Assembly: GCA_942492295.1 (NCBI GenBank)
Contig: CALODW010000005.1
Span: forward strand, 1,605,214 to 1,669,213
DNA length: 64,000 nucleotides
Reading direction: 5' to 3'
Origin: an uncultured Alphaproteobacteria bacterium
Lineage (GTDB): Bacteria > Pseudomonadota > Alphaproteobacteria > Caulobacterales > Parvularculaceae
Every line of letters begins with the position of its first letter. The stretch's first letter is position 1. This document shows, one piece after another, positions 31,428-42,243 of the stretch. The notes beneath the pieces were generated by a model, which saw only the letters and a program-made list of their open reading frames with translations, was not told the DNA's origin and searched no databases. A program made the translations under genes and the position numbers.

Positions 31428-32573
31428 ATGCGAAAAACTTTTGTAATCGCCGAAAACCAACGCGGCCTCCTGATTGAGGATGGCCGCTTGATCAATGTGC
31501 TCGAACCGGGACGGCACGCGTTTTTGGACGTGTTCGGACGGTTGCGCGTGGAGCTGTGCAATGCGCAGGGCGTGTTCGCTTCGGCGTGGGCGCCCATCAT
31601 GGAAAAGCGTCACCCGGAACTCGCGGCGCGTTACCTTGAAACCGTTCGCGTCGGCGAAGGTGAGGTGGCGGTTGTCTCTCTGGACGGCCGGGCCGCGATG
31701 ATCGTGCGCCCGGGACAGACTGTCTATGTCTGGAAAGTCCTGGAAGACGTCACCGTGACGCGCCTCAACGCGCTCGAAAATCCACGCCTGACGAAAGCGG
31801 AACTCGTCGCCTATGAGAAAATCATCACGGCGAGCGAGGGGGCGTCAGCGCCGATTGCGCCGGTCAATGTAGGCGAGGCCGAAACCGGTCTTGTATTCTT
31901 TGACGGCGAGCTGTTCGAAACCTTGACGCCGGGCCGTTACGGCTATTGGCGGATTGGCCGGACAGTGACGGCGAAAACGCTCGACATGCGTCCGTTGCCG
32001 CTGGAAGTCACAGCGCAGGAAATCCTGACCAAAGACCGGGTTTCCCTGCGTGTTACGCTGACTTCCTTTGTGCAGGTGACGGATGCGCGCAAAGCCGCGC
32101 TCTCGACGCCGGACTACATGAACCATGTTTATCGGCTCGTGCAGTTCGCTTTGCGCGAAGCGGTTGGCGGGCGAACGCTCGATGAAGTCCTGAACGACCG
32201 GGATTCGGTTGACGGACAAATCGTGGCGCATGTCCGCCGGGCGCTGGGCGATAATGGCGTCGCTGTCACCGAGCTTGGCGTCAAAGACGTCATCTTGCCG
32301 GGAGAGATGCGTGAGTTGATCAACCGGGTGGTCGAAGCGGAAAAAACCGCTCAGGCCAACATCATTCGCCGCCGGGAAGAAACGGCCGCCACGCGGTCGC
32401 TTTTGAACACGGCGAAGCTGATGGAAGACAACCCGACGCTGTTGCGCTTGAAAGAGCTCGAAGCGTTGGAGCGGGTAACGGAACGCGTCGGCCGTATTGA
32501 CGTCCACGCAAGCTCAGGCGAAGGCCTGAACGCCTTGCTGGATCGTCTGGTCACGCTGCAACCGCGCGCGTAA
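31428..32573 (+). CDS. SPFH / band-7 (stomatin-like) domain protein with a 170-aa N-terminal extension and no predicted TM helix
   Basis: The C-terminal half shows the SPFH core (ILTKDRVSLRV..., EIxxP..., a coiled-coil tail). 381 aa, preceded by GGAGG. Confidence 0.85.
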   Translation: MRKTFVIAENQRGLLIEDGRLINVLEPGRHAFLDVFGRLRVELCNAQGVFASAWAPIMEKRHPELAARYLETVRVGEGEVAVVSLDGRAAMIVRPGQTVYVWKVLEDVTVTRLNALENPRLTKAELVAYEKIITASEGASAPIAPVNVGEAETGLVFFDGELFETLTPGRYGYWRIGRTVTAKTLDMRPLPLEVTAQEILTKDRVSLRVTLTSFVQVTDARKAALSTPDYMNHVYRLVQFALREAVGGRTLDEVLNDRDSVDGQIVAHVRRALGDNGVAVTELGVKDVILPGEMRELINRVVEAEKTAQANIIRRREETAATRSLLNTAKLMEDNPTLLRLKELEALERVTERVGRIDVHASSGEGLNALLDRLVTLQPRA

Positions 32574-32600
32574 GAACGCGGGATGCGAGATCATCAACTG

Positions 32601-32631
32601 ACCGGGCGGCCGAATAGCCGCCCGGTTTTTC
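32601..32631 (+). terminator. Rho-independent terminator after the SPFH gene
   Basis: accgggcggc-cgaata-gccgcccggttttt. Confidence 0.65.
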
Positions 32632-32761
32632 CTGTGCGCCAGCTCCGGCGGTTGTGAACCCTTGTCCGCAAATCTCCCTGAATTGGTCGCATTTGGACCA
32701 ACTTCTCCCGCCAGTTTTTCGTTGCCCGCATCGCGGGTGAACAAACAGGGGGAGATATCCA

Positions 32762-33721
32762 ATGTTCAAACAGCTATTAGCTGCGGGAACCGCAGCGCTT
32801 TTCACCATCGCATCCGCCAACGCCGAACCGCTGAACCAGTGGCTCGGCAATTGGGATAAAAATTCCGGCGGCCTCGACAGTCTGTCCGTCACCAATGCTG
32901 GCGGAAATCTCAAAGTATCCGTCAAAGGCGCGTGTTCGCCCAACCCTTGTGATTGGGGCTCTGTTCCGGCGACGGCCTATTCACCTTCCGCCGCCACCGA
33001 CCCGGCGACAGATACGGAAACCATCATCGCAACGTTCAATCAGGGCTTCGCCACCAAAACAGTTGTGCTGGATGGCCGCGCGGGAAACACATTGCGCGCG
33101 CATGTCTATACGCATTTTGTCGATGGCAGCGGCCGCAATGATTATGTGCTCCACGCGTCCATGAAAAAAGCACAGCTGACGCTGACCCCGCTACCGGGTG
33201 GACCGATTATCGCGCAACCTGCCCAACCCACTGGCCCGATTATCACGCAGCCGCTGAAACCGTTCACAGACGATTGCATCGCCTTTAACCCCGACAATGT
33301 GTCGGTCGCCCGGCGCAATGGCTCGTGGAAACTTGTGCAGGGGAATATGTGGATGCTCGACGCCGGTGCTAACCGCAACGAAATGTTGCGCGCCAGATCC
33401 ATTGTCAAACATTACGGCATGAACAAGCAGTGCTTTGTCGGCCGTCCGGACGCGTCGCTCAACTACTGGCTCGTTGACAACAAAGCGCCCGCTGGCGCGC
33501 TGCCGAATGAAGATTGCATTGGGATCAATCCCGGCAACCTAACCGTCCGCAACTCAGGCGGCGGGCGATACACCGTTGTCTCAAACGGTAATCACCTTGC
33601 ATTCTCCGCGCCGAGCCAGGCGGAAGCTGAAGAGATCATCAAAGTGATCAAGTATTACGGCTTCACAAAGTCATGTTTCGTCGGCCGGCCGGACCCATCC
33701 ATGTCTTATTTGCGGAAGTAA
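32762..33721 (+). CDS. secreted protein with an N-terminal beta-rich domain and two tandem ~70-aa Cys-containing repeats of unrecognised type
   Basis: Signal peptide MFKQLLAAGTAALFTIASANA. Repeat 1 runs DDCIAFNPDNVSV...KQCFVGRPDASLNYW and repeat 2 runs EDCIGINPGNLTV...KSCFVGRPDPSMSYL. There is also a short PIIAQP/PIITQP duplication. Confidence 0.7.
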   Translation: MFKQLLAAGTAALFTIASANAEPLNQWLGNWDKNSGGLDSLSVTNAGGNLKVSVKGACSPNPCDWGSVPATAYSPSAATDPATDTETIIATFNQGFATKTVVLDGRAGNTLRAHVYTHFVDGSGRNDYVLHASMKKAQLTLTPLPGGPIIAQPAQPTGPIITQPLKPFTDDCIAFNPDNVSVARRNGSWKLVQGNMWMLDAGANRNEMLRARSIVKHYGMNKQCFVGRPDASLNYWLVDNKAPAGALPNEDCIGINPGNLTVRNSGGGRYTVVSNGNHLAFSAPSQAEAEEIIKVIKYYGFTKSCFVGRPDPSMSYLRK

Positions 33722-33740
33722 TTTCACCAAATGAAACCTA

Positions 33741-33773
33741 GACGGAGCGGCTTTACTGGCCGCTCCGTTTTTC
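33741..33773. terminator. Rho-independent terminator (bidirectional), overlapping the 3' end of yidD
   Basis: acggagcggc-tttactg-gccgctccgttttt. Confidence 0.6.
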
Positions 33774-34112
33774 ATTGTCCGGAGTTGTATCGCCGCGCTC
33801 TGTCCACGCCCAATCCCCCAACCGCCAAAACCGCCAGCCGACATCTGGCGCATCCTCCGGCACTGGATCAAACCCGCTGCTACCGAAGGGGTGGCACCGC
33901 AACAATCGAGACACCGTCAGCCAGAACGACCGCCCCAACCGGTGACGCCGGAACGCATCGGCAGCGTAGGCCGAGCAGCTCGGTTGGTGCCGGCACCTGA
34001 CGCCGAGAAAATAAAAGACCGGAGACAACGACCGCTGATAGACCCAGATTGACCCGAGCGCCAAACGCGCAATGAGCGTCCGCCTCACACTATCCGCCCC
34101 GCGTGTCTGCAT
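33753..34112 (-). CDS. yidD: membrane protein insertion efficiency factor YidD
   Basis: Has the YidD signature C-x-x-x-PSCS-Y ... LRCHPFG..G.DPVP. The start is uncertain; the ORF extends to 34160. Confidence 0.75.
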   Translation of the reverse strand: MQTRGADSVRRTLIARLALGSIWVYQRSLSPVFYFLGVRCRHQPSCSAYAADAFRRHRLGRSFWLTVSRLLRCHPFGSSGFDPVPEDAPDVGWRFWRLGDWAWTERGDTTPDNEKRSGQ

Positions 34113-34307
34113 TATGATTAACAACCTTATTTTTTCAGGCATTCCGTGTACAGAAAACACCCCATCGGCGCGTTAACCAAACCCATTTCGCGCGACAAGC
34201 GAACTCGTTTGACTCACGCTTTTTTCTGCCATAGCGAAATCATTACCGCATGTAAAAAGCGCAAACCGAAAGCGCCATTGCGGCATTGTAGAGTTTGAGG
34301 TTCGTAA

Positions 34308-34997
34308 ATGAAACGCGTATTATTCGTCGCCGCCGCTGCCGCCTGTATGGGTGCCGCCGCACAGGCTGCACCAGTCACAATCGATTTTAACGGGCTTTCC
34401 GAAGGCGATCTCGTGTCATCGCAATATGCTGGTGTCACGATCTCGGGCCAGCGCAATGGCGCGCCCATGGGGTTGAACTCGGCGATGGTGTTCGATTCCA
34501 CCGACTACACAGGCGGCGACAACGACCTGCAGGGACCGTTTGACAACCCCACAACCATGGGGGATGAAAATCTTAACGCCGACAACATCCTGATCATCTC
34601 GGAAGACAATGACGCGTCTGACCCCGATGATGCGGTGCAAGGCGGCGTGCTGACGTTCATATTCGACAGCGCAGTGGAAATTCTCAGCCTGAACGCCTTC
34701 GACATCAACGACAATGAAAGCGTCACATTCGATTTCTATGACGTAAACGACATGCTGATCGCCTCGATCTCCAACGGCATGACGACAACCGACGACAATG
34801 AATTCCTCGCATTTAACTTCAACGTTTCCGGCGTCCTGCGTTTCGTGGTGAGCCTTTCCGGCTCCGGCGCAATCGATGATTTGGTTTACGAAGTTGCAGA
34901 GGTGCCGGTTCCCGCCGCGCTGCCATTGTTGCTTTCCGGCCTCGCCGGTATTGGCTTTGCGTCGCGCCGCAAGAAACGCAATAGCGCCAGCGCCTAA
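34308..34997 (+). CDS. VPLPA-CTERM sorting-domain protein (a PEP-CTERM-like secreted acidic protein)
   Basis: A signal peptide and an acidic Asp/Asn-rich beta-type body. The C-terminus EVPVPAALPLLLSGLAGIGFASRRKKRN matches the VPLPA-CTERM motif (TIGR03370-type): VP.PA, then a TM helix, then an Arg/Lys cluster. Confidence 0.8.
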   Translation: MKRVLFVAAAAACMGAAAQAAPVTIDFNGLSEGDLVSSQYAGVTISGQRNGAPMGLNSAMVFDSTDYTGGDNDLQGPFDNPTTMGDENLNADNILIISEDNDASDPDDAVQGGVLTFIFDSAVEILSLNAFDINDNESVTFDFYDVNDMLIASISNGMTTTDDNEFLAFNFNVSGVLRFVVSLSGSGAIDDLVYEVAEVPVPAALPLLLSGLAGIGFASRRKKRNSASA

Positions 34998-35028
34998 ACA
35001 CTTTTGGGGGGCATATGTGCCTGTGGGG

Positions 35029-35060
35029 AACGCCCGGCGGAAGCCGGGCGTTTCTTTTTT
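35029..35060 (+). terminator. Rho-independent terminator after the VPLPA-CTERM gene
   Basis: aacgcccggc-ggaa-gccgggcgtt followed by a T-run. Confidence 0.7.
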
Positions 35061-35143
35061 GCCCGGCAGATGCTTGCATTCCGCCGCTGGCGCGCTAGGC
35101 AAGCCGCTTCGCGTTCTTCGCCTGAAGGCCCCCGTCCCGTATT

Positions 35144-35992
35144 ATGTCCCGCATAAAACCCCTTTTTGAACGACTGACGGCTGAAGACCGCGCGGCCTTC
35201 ATTCCCTACATCATGGGCGGCTACCCGGATTACGAGACGTCTCTGGCGCTGATGAAAAAGCTCCCCGGCGCGGGCGCGGATATCATTGAACTCGGCGTGC
35301 CGTTCACCGACCCTATGGCGGACGGCCCGGCAATCGAGGCGGCGGGTCTTCGCGCCCTCAAATCAGGCCAGACCCTTGCCAAAACCCTTGAGATGGTTCG
35401 CTCATTTCGAAAAGAAGACGACCTGACGCCGGTCGTTCTCATGGGCTACTACAATCCGTTTTACGCTTATGGCCCGGAAAAGTTCGTCACAGACGCCAGC
35501 GCAGCAGGGGTCGACGGACTGATTATCGTTGATTTGCCCGCCGAAGAGGATGCGGAGCTCTGCCTCCCCGCGAAAGCCGCCGGCATCGACTTTATCCGCC
35601 TGACCACGCCAACAACGGACGACCAGCGCCTGCCCGCCGTAATCAAAAACAGTTCGGGCTTCGTTTATTACGTCTCCGTGGCCGGGATCACTGGCAAGGC
35701 AAGCGGCGAAACCGAAGCGGTTAAAGCCGCCCTGGCGCGCATCAAAGAAGCGTCTGGCTTGCCGATGGCGGTTGGTTTCGGCATCAAAACGGCTGAAAAG
35801 GCGAGAGAATTCGCCAAATTCGCCGATGCGGTCGTGGTCGGCTCGGCGCTGGTGGACGTTTTCGCCAAAACTTACCAGAAACCGGCCCTTGAAGCCCGCC
35901 CCGGCGAGGCCGATAATGCCATTAACGCGGTTTTGACGCTGGCGCGGGATATTTCGGGGGCAGTCCGCGCCGCGCGAAGGCGTCAGGCGTAA
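35144..35992 (+). CDS. trpA: tryptophan synthase alpha chain
   Basis: Carries the TrpA motifs ([23 protein letters not shown]). No trpB lies upstream. Confidence 0.93.
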   Translation: MSRIKPLFERLTAEDRAAFIPYIMGGYPDYETSLALMKKLPGAGADIIELGVPFTDPMADGPAIEAAGLRALKSGQTLAKTLEMVRSFRKEDDLTPVVLMGYYNPFYAYGPEKFVTDASAAGVDGLIIVDLPAEEDAELCLPAKAAGIDFIRLTTPTTDDQRLPAVIKNSSGFVYYVSVAGITGKASGETEAVKAALARIKEASGLPMAVGFGIKTAEKAREFAKFADAVVVGSALVDVFAKTYQKPALEARPGEADNAINAVLTLARDISGAVRAARRRQA

Positions 35993-36052
35993 ACCGAACA
36001 CCAGACGATTAACGCTAGCCAGATAATTTAGGCAAGAAAGTGTGAGTGGGAC

Positions 36053-37027
36053 ATGAGTTGGCTGTCAAACATTCCTCCGGGCATCAAGAACATCTTCAAG
36101 CCGAAGGACGATGCGTCCGATACGTTGTGGACCAAATGCGGCGGGTGCGGCGAAATGATCTTTCAGCGCGACCTCGATGCTGCGCATCAAGTCTGCCCAT
36201 CTTGCGACCATCACCTCGCTATCGGGCCGGCCGAACGGCTCGCGCTTGTTTTTGACAATGGCGCTTATGAAAATGTCGAACTGCCGGAACCGGTCATCGA
36301 CCCGTTAAAGTTCCGCGATGAAAAGAAATACACCGACCGCTTAAAAGAAAACCGGAAAAAAACCGGCCAGCAGGACGCCATGCAGGCCGCATACGGAACA
36401 ATCGATGGCGCAGGCGCGGTGGTGCTGGTGCAGAATTTCAAGTTCATGGGCGGCTCTATGGGTATGGCGCTCGGCGAGTCGATGCTTAAAGCCGCCGAAG
36501 AAGCAATTGCCCGCAATGCGCCGCTGATCGTCTTCGCCGCATCAGGCGGTGCGCGCATGCAGGAGGGCATTCTTTCTTTGATGCAAATGCCGCGCACCAC
36601 GATCGCTGTACAGATGGTGAAAGAAGCGGGGCTTCCCTACATCGTCGTTTTGACCAACCCGACCACGGGTGGCGTCACCGCGTCCTACGCCATGCTCGGT
36701 GATGTAAATATTGCCGAACCCGGCGCGTTGATTTGCTTTGCCGGTCCGCGCGTGATTGAGCAAACCATTCGCGAAAAGCTTCCCGAAGGATTTCAGCGTT
36801 CAGAATTCCTCGAGGAAAAAGGCATGGTCGATCTGGTCGTGCGCCGCAGCGATATGAAGGAAACGCTGTCGCGCCTTGTCAGAGTTCTCATCAAAGAACG
36901 CCGCCAGGCAGCGCCGGTCGCGGCGACGCCTGCGGTGGTCACGACGGCGACAGCAGTCAAGACCATTGAAAAGCCAAAGAAAATAACGCGTCAGCCTGTC
37001 ACCAAACTCGACAAAGCGGCTGAATAA
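36053..37027 (+). CDS. accD: acetyl-CoA carboxylase carboxyltransferase beta subunit
   Basis: N-terminal zinc ribbon CxxC...CxxC plus a carboxyltransferase domain. Part of the conserved trpA-accD-folC order. Confidence 0.95.
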   Translation: MSWLSNIPPGIKNIFKPKDDASDTLWTKCGGCGEMIFQRDLDAAHQVCPSCDHHLAIGPAERLALVFDNGAYENVELPEPVIDPLKFRDEKKYTDRLKENRKKTGQQDAMQAAYGTIDGAGAVVLVQNFKFMGGSMGMALGESMLKAAEEAIARNAPLIVFAASGGARMQEGILSLMQMPRTTIAVQMVKEAGLPYIVVLTNPTTGGVTASYAMLGDVNIAEPGALICFAGPRVIEQTIREKLPEGFQRSEFLEEKGMVDLVVRRSDMKETLSRLVRVLIKERRQAAPVAATPAVVTTATAVKTIEKPKKITRQPVTKLDKAAE

Positions 37028-37062
37028 GCAGTCCGCGCACCACAGATTTAGGAATTATTCGC

Positions 37063-38361
37063 TTGAGTGACGTTGAAGCGGTTCTTGCCGCTATTGCAAA
37101 CCGTCGCCCCACGATCATCGATCTATCTTTAGACCGTGTTCACGCCGCTCTTTCGCGGCTTGGCGATCCCCACAAAAAATTGCCACCCATATTTCATGTC
37201 GCCGGCACCAACGGTAAAGGGTCAACCGTGGCCTTCTTGCGGGCGATATTGGAGCAAGCCGGAAACCGGGTGCACGTCTATACGTCGCCGCATCTCGTCC
37301 GCTTTAACGAGCGCATCGTTGTCGCCGGCGCAGAGATTTCCGACGCTGCTCTCATCAATGCACTTCAGCGGACCGACGCCGCCATGGGCGAGGATATGCT
37401 CACCTATTTCGAAACGACGACTTGCGCGGCGTTTCTCGCCTTCGCCGAAACCCCTGCTGATTACGCGATCGTTGAAGTTGGGTTGGGCGGACGACTCGAT
37501 GCGACAAACGTATTTGAAGATGTTGCGGCGGCGGTCGTCACACCCGTTGATCTCGACCATCAACAGTTCCTTGGAAACAGTCTAGCTGGTGTCGCCGCAG
37601 AAAAAGCCGGCATATTCAAGCGCCGCTCGCCCGCTGTAATCGCCCCGCAAACGCCTGACGCTATGTCGGTGCTGCAAGATCATGCCCGCAAGGCCGGGGC
37701 GGATATCTTCGCCTTTGGAGAACAATGGAATGTATACTCCGAACACGGACGGCTGATTTATCAGGACGACAATGGGCTCAGCGACATCGATCCGCCGCGC
37801 CTCGCTGGCGCGCACCAGATTGAGAACGCCGGCGCCGCCATCGCCGCCATCCGGGCGGCGGGGCTGGATATCGATGACGCCACGCTTTCAAATGGCCTCA
37901 CCGCCGCCCATTGGCCAGCGCGCCTGCACCGGCTGACATCCGGCCCCATTGTGGACGCCGCGCGGGCGGCGCTCGGCGAAGAGCCGGAACTCTGGCTTGA
38001 TGGCGGGCACAACCCCCATGCGGGGCGCGCCGTCGCCCGTACAATGGCCGACCTCGAGGCGCGCTCATCCAAGCCACTGGTGATGATTTCCGGCATGCAG
38101 GCCAACAAAGATGCCGCCGGGTATTTTGCGCCGTTTAGCGGTCTTGTCCGCAAGGTTTACTGCGTCGCCGCCGATCATGAGGGTGTCATGGCGCCCGTTG
38201 AGGTTTGCAAGGCTGCGGCGTCTGCGGGGCTAAGCGCGCAAATATGTGCAACCGTAGAAGAGGCGCTCGCGTTGGCGTGTGCACAATCCAACGAACCGCC
38301 GAGATTGCTCATCAGCGGCTCGCTTTATCTGGCAGGTGAAATCTTGCGCGAGAACAATTAA
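37063..38361 (+). CDS. folC: dihydrofolate synthase / folylpolyglutamate synthase
   Basis: Mur-ligase family with the P-loop [11 protein letters not shown] start at 37063. Confidence 0.9.
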   Translation: MSDVEAVLAAIANRRPTIIDLSLDRVHAALSRLGDPHKKLPPIFHVAGTNGKGSTVAFLRAILEQAGNRVHVYTSPHLVRFNERIVVAGAEISDAALINALQRTDAAMGEDMLTYFETTTCAAFLAFAETPADYAIVEVGLGGRLDATNVFEDVAAAVVTPVDLDHQQFLGNSLAGVAAEKAGIFKRRSPAVIAPQTPDAMSVLQDHARKAGADIFAFGEQWNVYSEHGRLIYQDDNGLSDIDPPRLAGAHQIENAGAAIAAIRAAGLDIDDATLSNGLTAAHWPARLHRLTSGPIVDAARAALGEEPELWLDGGHNPHAGRAVARTMADLEARSSKPLVMISGMQANKDAAGYFAPFSGLVRKVYCVAADHEGVMAPVEVCKAAASAGLSAQICATVEEALALACAQSNEPPRLLISGSLYLAGEILRENN

Positions 38362-38693
38362 GCGGCGGCGTCTTTCAGGACCTCATCAACCCATGCTGCA
38401 AGCTGGCTTTTCGGCGCCGCGCCAACGCGCGTCGCCACATGCTCTCCGCCGGAGAAAATCATCAGCGTAGGAATGCCGCGCACGCCATAACGCCCTGGCG
38501 TTTCCGGATTCTCATCGATGTTCACTTTGGCGATGGTAATCTTGCCCTCATATTCACCAGCAATTTCTTCCAGCGCCGGGGCGATCTGCTTACACGGCCC
38601 GCACCATTCCGCCCAAAAATCAATAAGAACGGTCTCGCCGGAATCGATGACGTCTGCTGAAAAGCTGGCGTCGGTGACAGTTTTGATAGCCAT
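38358..38693 (-). CDS. trxA: thioredoxin
   Basis: Has the WCGPC active site. 111 aa. Confidence 0.96.
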   Translation of the reverse strand: MAIKTVTDASFSADVIDSGETVLIDFWAEWCGPCKQIAPALEEIAGEYEGKITIAKVNIDENPETPGRYGVRGIPTLMIFSGGEHVATRVGAAPKSQLAAWVDEVLKDAAA

Positions 38694-38757
38694 GGTGCGG
38701 ATACTCCTGATCTCGCTGATGCACGAAACAGGGAAGATAAACCGAAAGCCGCCGGTT

Positions 38758-41700
38758 TCAACCCATCAAACCCGCACGCACGGCGGCGTGATCGAGCATT
38801 TCTTCCGGCAAGACCATCAGGCGCGCATCATAGGTCCACAACAGCGCGCAGCGAACCTGACGGTCCGGATAGATTTCCTGAAGCAGAGCGCGATAGGCGG
38901 CCATTTGCGCCACATAAGAAGGGTCTGCATCCGCCGCCTTTTCCGGCGGCGGCCGATTTGTCTTGTAATCGACCACAAGCACATCGCTCGGCGACACCGC
39001 CAACCGGTCAATCTGCCCACTGATCGTCATACCACCGGCATTTCTTTGCGCTCCCGCAATCGAGACTTCAGCCATGGACCCTGGCGCAAAAACATCTGCG
39101 AATGCCGGATCACGCATCACACGCAACACTTCATCTCGCCAGCGCGCACGTTCTTGCTCATCGATGCCGCCGGCAAGGCGCGCCAGCAACCGATCCGCGG
39201 CGGCGGGCCGTTGCGCGTCCGGCACATCCGGCAACAGCTCCAGCATCCGGTGCAACACGCGTCCACGAAAATACCTGTCATGCCCGCGCAAGGGGGAATA
39301 GGCCGGACCGGCAGGGCCATCCGTCGCTTGGCTCGCCCCTTCTTCGTCCTCTCCGCCTAACTTTGACGGCGACACTTTCTTGGGCGCCGTTTCTGCTTTT
39401 GCTTTGGTGAACAACCACGCTGGCGGATCACGAACTGCCATCGCCTCGACAGCCTCATTCGTTTTCACTGAAATCTTTTGCGGACAAACAATGCGCCGAA
39501 CCGCGCCTTGGCCGCCCTCCCAAAATGGCGTGCTTGCCTCTTCGACATCGTCCAGCCGCCCAAATGCATCCTCCGCGAGCGCATGCCAGGTTTTTTGATT
39601 GACGGGTTTGTCCTGCGGCTTCTTGTTTTTCCCGCTCTCCACGCCGCAAATGTAGAGCCGGTCGCGCGCGCGCGTGGCCGCGACATAAAAAAGGCGCCGG
39701 TATTCTTCATACTTCTTCCGGACCAATTCCGCGCGCGCCGCCTCGGTCAATGCTACATCATTCCCCTTGGCGCCTGCCAAGACTGGGAACACGCCCTTCG
39801 GGCTTTCAACATCAATTACCGGACCGATGTTTTGCAAATTCACTTCGCGGTGGGCATCGAGCAGAAAGACAATCTCCGCCTCCAGTCCCTTGGCGCCATG
39901 CACGGTCATCACCCGAACAGCGTCGTGCTGACGCTCCATTTCGCGCTTGATATCGGTCGCCGTGCGGTCAAACCAATCTACGAACGCACGCAGACTGCGC
40001 GGATTGCCGTTCTCAAAATCAATCGCCTGCCGAAGCAATTCGTCAATTGCATCACTCGAAGCTTTACCCATACGATCGTAGAAACGTTGTCGGCCAGAAC
40101 GGGCGCCGGTCTCCAGAATATGGGTAAAGAACGCAAAGGGGCCTTGCGTCGCTGCGACTGTGCGCCCGCCGCCGAGTTCATCCGCTGCGGACGCCCAATG
40201 GGATTGCTCGCCGCCGCGCCGGCGCAGAGAAGCCCAAAGGCTTTCGCTTTGGCCGCGCTCATAGCCCAACGGAAAGAGGTCGCGGTCGTCATCAAATCCG
40301 AACAACGGACTCTTTAAAACTTCCGCCAGTGATAAATTGTCGGAAGCGCAAAGCGCAAATCGCGCATAGGAAATAAGATCTTCCACTGCCGGGTCTTCGT
40401 TGAGTTTCAATCGATCCGGCCCTGCTACGGGAACGCCTGCGGAAGAAAGTCGCTGTATCACCTCAGCAAACAGCGGGCCGCGGCTTTGCACTAGGATCAA
40501 AACATCACCGGGCGTGATCGGCCGGCCTTGTGACGGCAGAACCTCACTCGTATCCAGCCATTGCTTGACCGTCGCGGCGATGCGTTCACTTAAGACGCGC
40601 ACTGGGTGATTACTGATCGGCGCATCGACCGGCGCATCCCATGGATTTACGTCCGGCTTTTCCGGTCTCGGCGTCAGCGGCCAAAGCTCCACCAGACCGG
40701 CCTCGCCTTCGCGCTTTACGCCGTGAGCGGGAACAACATCACCGAGACCTTCGGCGGCTTCCTTGTTGGCGAAAGCCGCATCAACAAAGGAAAGAACCGG
40801 CACCGTCGTGCGAAAGGAAAGATCGAGCGACACACTCTTGAAATCCGTGACGCGCGCCAGCCGCTCACCGATATCCTGCTCTTTTTGTTTAAACAGTGTG
40901 ACGTCAGCGCCCTGAAAAGAATAGATCGACTGCTTCAAATCGCCCACGGCGAAAAAACTGCGCTTTTTCTCACGCGCACCGTCGCCGCTGAAAAATTCTT
41001 CAAACAGGCTCTCAATCACCGCCCATTGGTGCGGACTGGTATCCTGCGCCTCGTCAACAAGGATGTGATCAATCCCGTCGTCCAGCTTGTACATGATCCA
41101 CGCACTCTCTACGCGCTGGAACAGCGCCCGCGCACGCAAGACAAGATCATTGAAATCGAGCGCTGCACGCGCCGCTTTTGCGTTCTCGTAAGCACGACGC
41201 ACCGCAAGAGAGAGGCGCCAGAAAGCCGCTGTATCGAGGAACAGTTTTAGCGCCTTCAGTTGCTGAATAACCGTCATGAAACGCTCTTGAAGGGCCACAA
41301 TGAACGGCCTAACCCACGGATCATGTTTGTCCGTCGCTGCGGAGGCGTGTTTTGTATGGGGCTTTGATCCGTCAGATGTCAGCAAAAACGCTTCCAGCGC
41401 CGCCCACTGCTGTTCGAGAGTCGTCGCAGAAAAAAACGGTGCGAGACGAACGGCTGCTTTTTGCGGCTGAGCGCCCTCGGCCGCGAGACCGTCATGAGCG
41501 CGTTTCAGCTCGTCAGCCGAAATCGTTTTTATGAACGCCGCTTTGACCGTCTCCGCATCGTCAGCCGGATTGACGCCGAGCGCCGCTGCAAGCGCAGCGA
41601 CCATCTCCTTGATGTCTGGTTGTCCTCCTAAATTCGGATTCTGGGTCGCCCCGCCTAACAACAAATCTCGCAGGCGATCCTCACTATGTTCGGCGCTAAG

Positions 41701-42243
41701 ACGATCAAAAGCCGCAACAAGCGAAGCGTCCAGATCACGACGGCTCGCCAGCGCATCAAGCGACGCGTTGAGCAGCGCGGCGGACTCCGCGTCCTCGATT
41801 ACCGTAAAGCCCGGCGGCGCACCCGCCTCCAGCGGAAAACGCCGCAGCACGCTTTCGCAGAAGGAGTGAATAGTCTGAATCTTCAATCCGCCCGGCGTTT
41901 CCAGCGCCCGCGCAAAGAGCCGCCGCGCCTTGGTAAGCTCCGCGGCATCGCGATAGCGCGCTGCGCCCTCCAATTCCGTCAGTGCGGCATCAAGATCGGC
42001 GTCACTCGACAAAGCCCACGCGCCGAGTACGTTAAACAACCGCTCAGCCATTTCCGCCGCAGCCGCTTTGGTGAACGTGATGCAAAGAATTTTCTGCGGC
42101 TCAGTGTCGGCAAGCAACAAGCGCGCGACGCGATTAGTCAGCACACGGGTTTTTCCTGACCCCGCATTCGCCATTACGAATGCAGATCGGGAAGGCGTCG
42201 CCGCCTGACGCTGGCTTTCAACGGTGACTTCAAACGGCGTCAT
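38758..42243 (-). CDS. addA: double-strand break repair helicase AddA (UvrD-like helicase-nuclease)
   Basis: N-terminal SF1 helicase motifs (AGSGKT) over 1161 aa. Coupled to the upstream addB with a 4-nt overlap. Confidence 0.92.
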   Translation of the reverse strand: MTPFEVTVESQRQAATPSRSAFVMANAGSGKTRVLTNRVARLLLADTEPQKILCITFTKAAAAEMAERLFNVLGAWALSSDADLDAALTELEGAARYRDAAELTKARRLFARALETPGGLKIQTIHSFCESVLRRFPLEAGAPPGFTVIEDAESAALLNASLDALASRRDLDASLVAAFDRLSAEHSEDRLRDLLLGGATQNPNLGGQPDIKEMVAALAAALGVNPADDAETVKAAFIKTISADELKRAHDGLAAEGAQPQKAAVRLAPFFSATTLEQQWAALEAFLLTSDGSKPHTKHASAATDKHDPWVRPFIVALQERFMTVIQQLKALKLFLDTAAFWRLSLAVRRAYENAKAARAALDFNDLVLRARALFQRVESAWIMYKLDDGIDHILVDEAQDTSPHQWAVIESLFEEFFSGDGAREKKRSFFAVGDLKQSIYSFQGADVTLFKQKEQDIGERLARVTDFKSVSLDLSFRTTVPVLSFVDAAFANKEAAEGLGDVVPAHGVKREGEAGLVELWPLTPRPEKPDVNPWDAPVDAPISNHPVRVLSERIAATVKQWLDTSEVLPSQGRPITPGDVLILVQSRGPLFAEVIQRLSSAGVPVAGPDRLKLNEDPAVEDLISYARFALCASDNLSLAEVLKSPLFGFDDDRDLFPLGYERGQSESLWASLRRRGGEQSHWASAADELGGGRTVAATQGPFAFFTHILETGARSGRQRFYDRMGKASSDAIDELLRQAIDFENGNPRSLRAFVDWFDRTATDIKREMERQHDAVRVMTVHGAKGLEAEIVFLLDAHREVNLQNIGPVIDVESPKGVFPVLAGAKGNDVALTEAARAELVRKKYEEYRRLFYVAATRARDRLYICGVESGKNKKPQDKPVNQKTWHALAEDAFGRLDDVEEASTPFWEGGQGAVRRIVCPQKISVKTNEAVEAMAVRDPPAWLFTKAKAETAPKKVSPSKLGGEDEEGASQATDGPAGPAYSPLRGHDRYFRGRVLHRMLELLPDVPDAQRPAAADRLLARLAGGIDEQERARWRDEVLRVMRDPAFADVFAPGSMAEVSIAGAQRNAGGMTISGQIDRLAVSPSDVLVVDYKTNRPPPEKAADADPSYVAQMAAYRALLQEIYPDRQVRCALLWTYDARLMVLPEEMLDHAAVRAGLMG

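Noticed and set aside
31845-32507. 220-aa minus-strand ORF
   Set aside because: Antisense to the SPFH gene, which has clear domain motifs.
39478-41250. 279-aa and 214-aa plus-strand ORFs
   Set aside because: Both are antisense within addA and Arg-rich.
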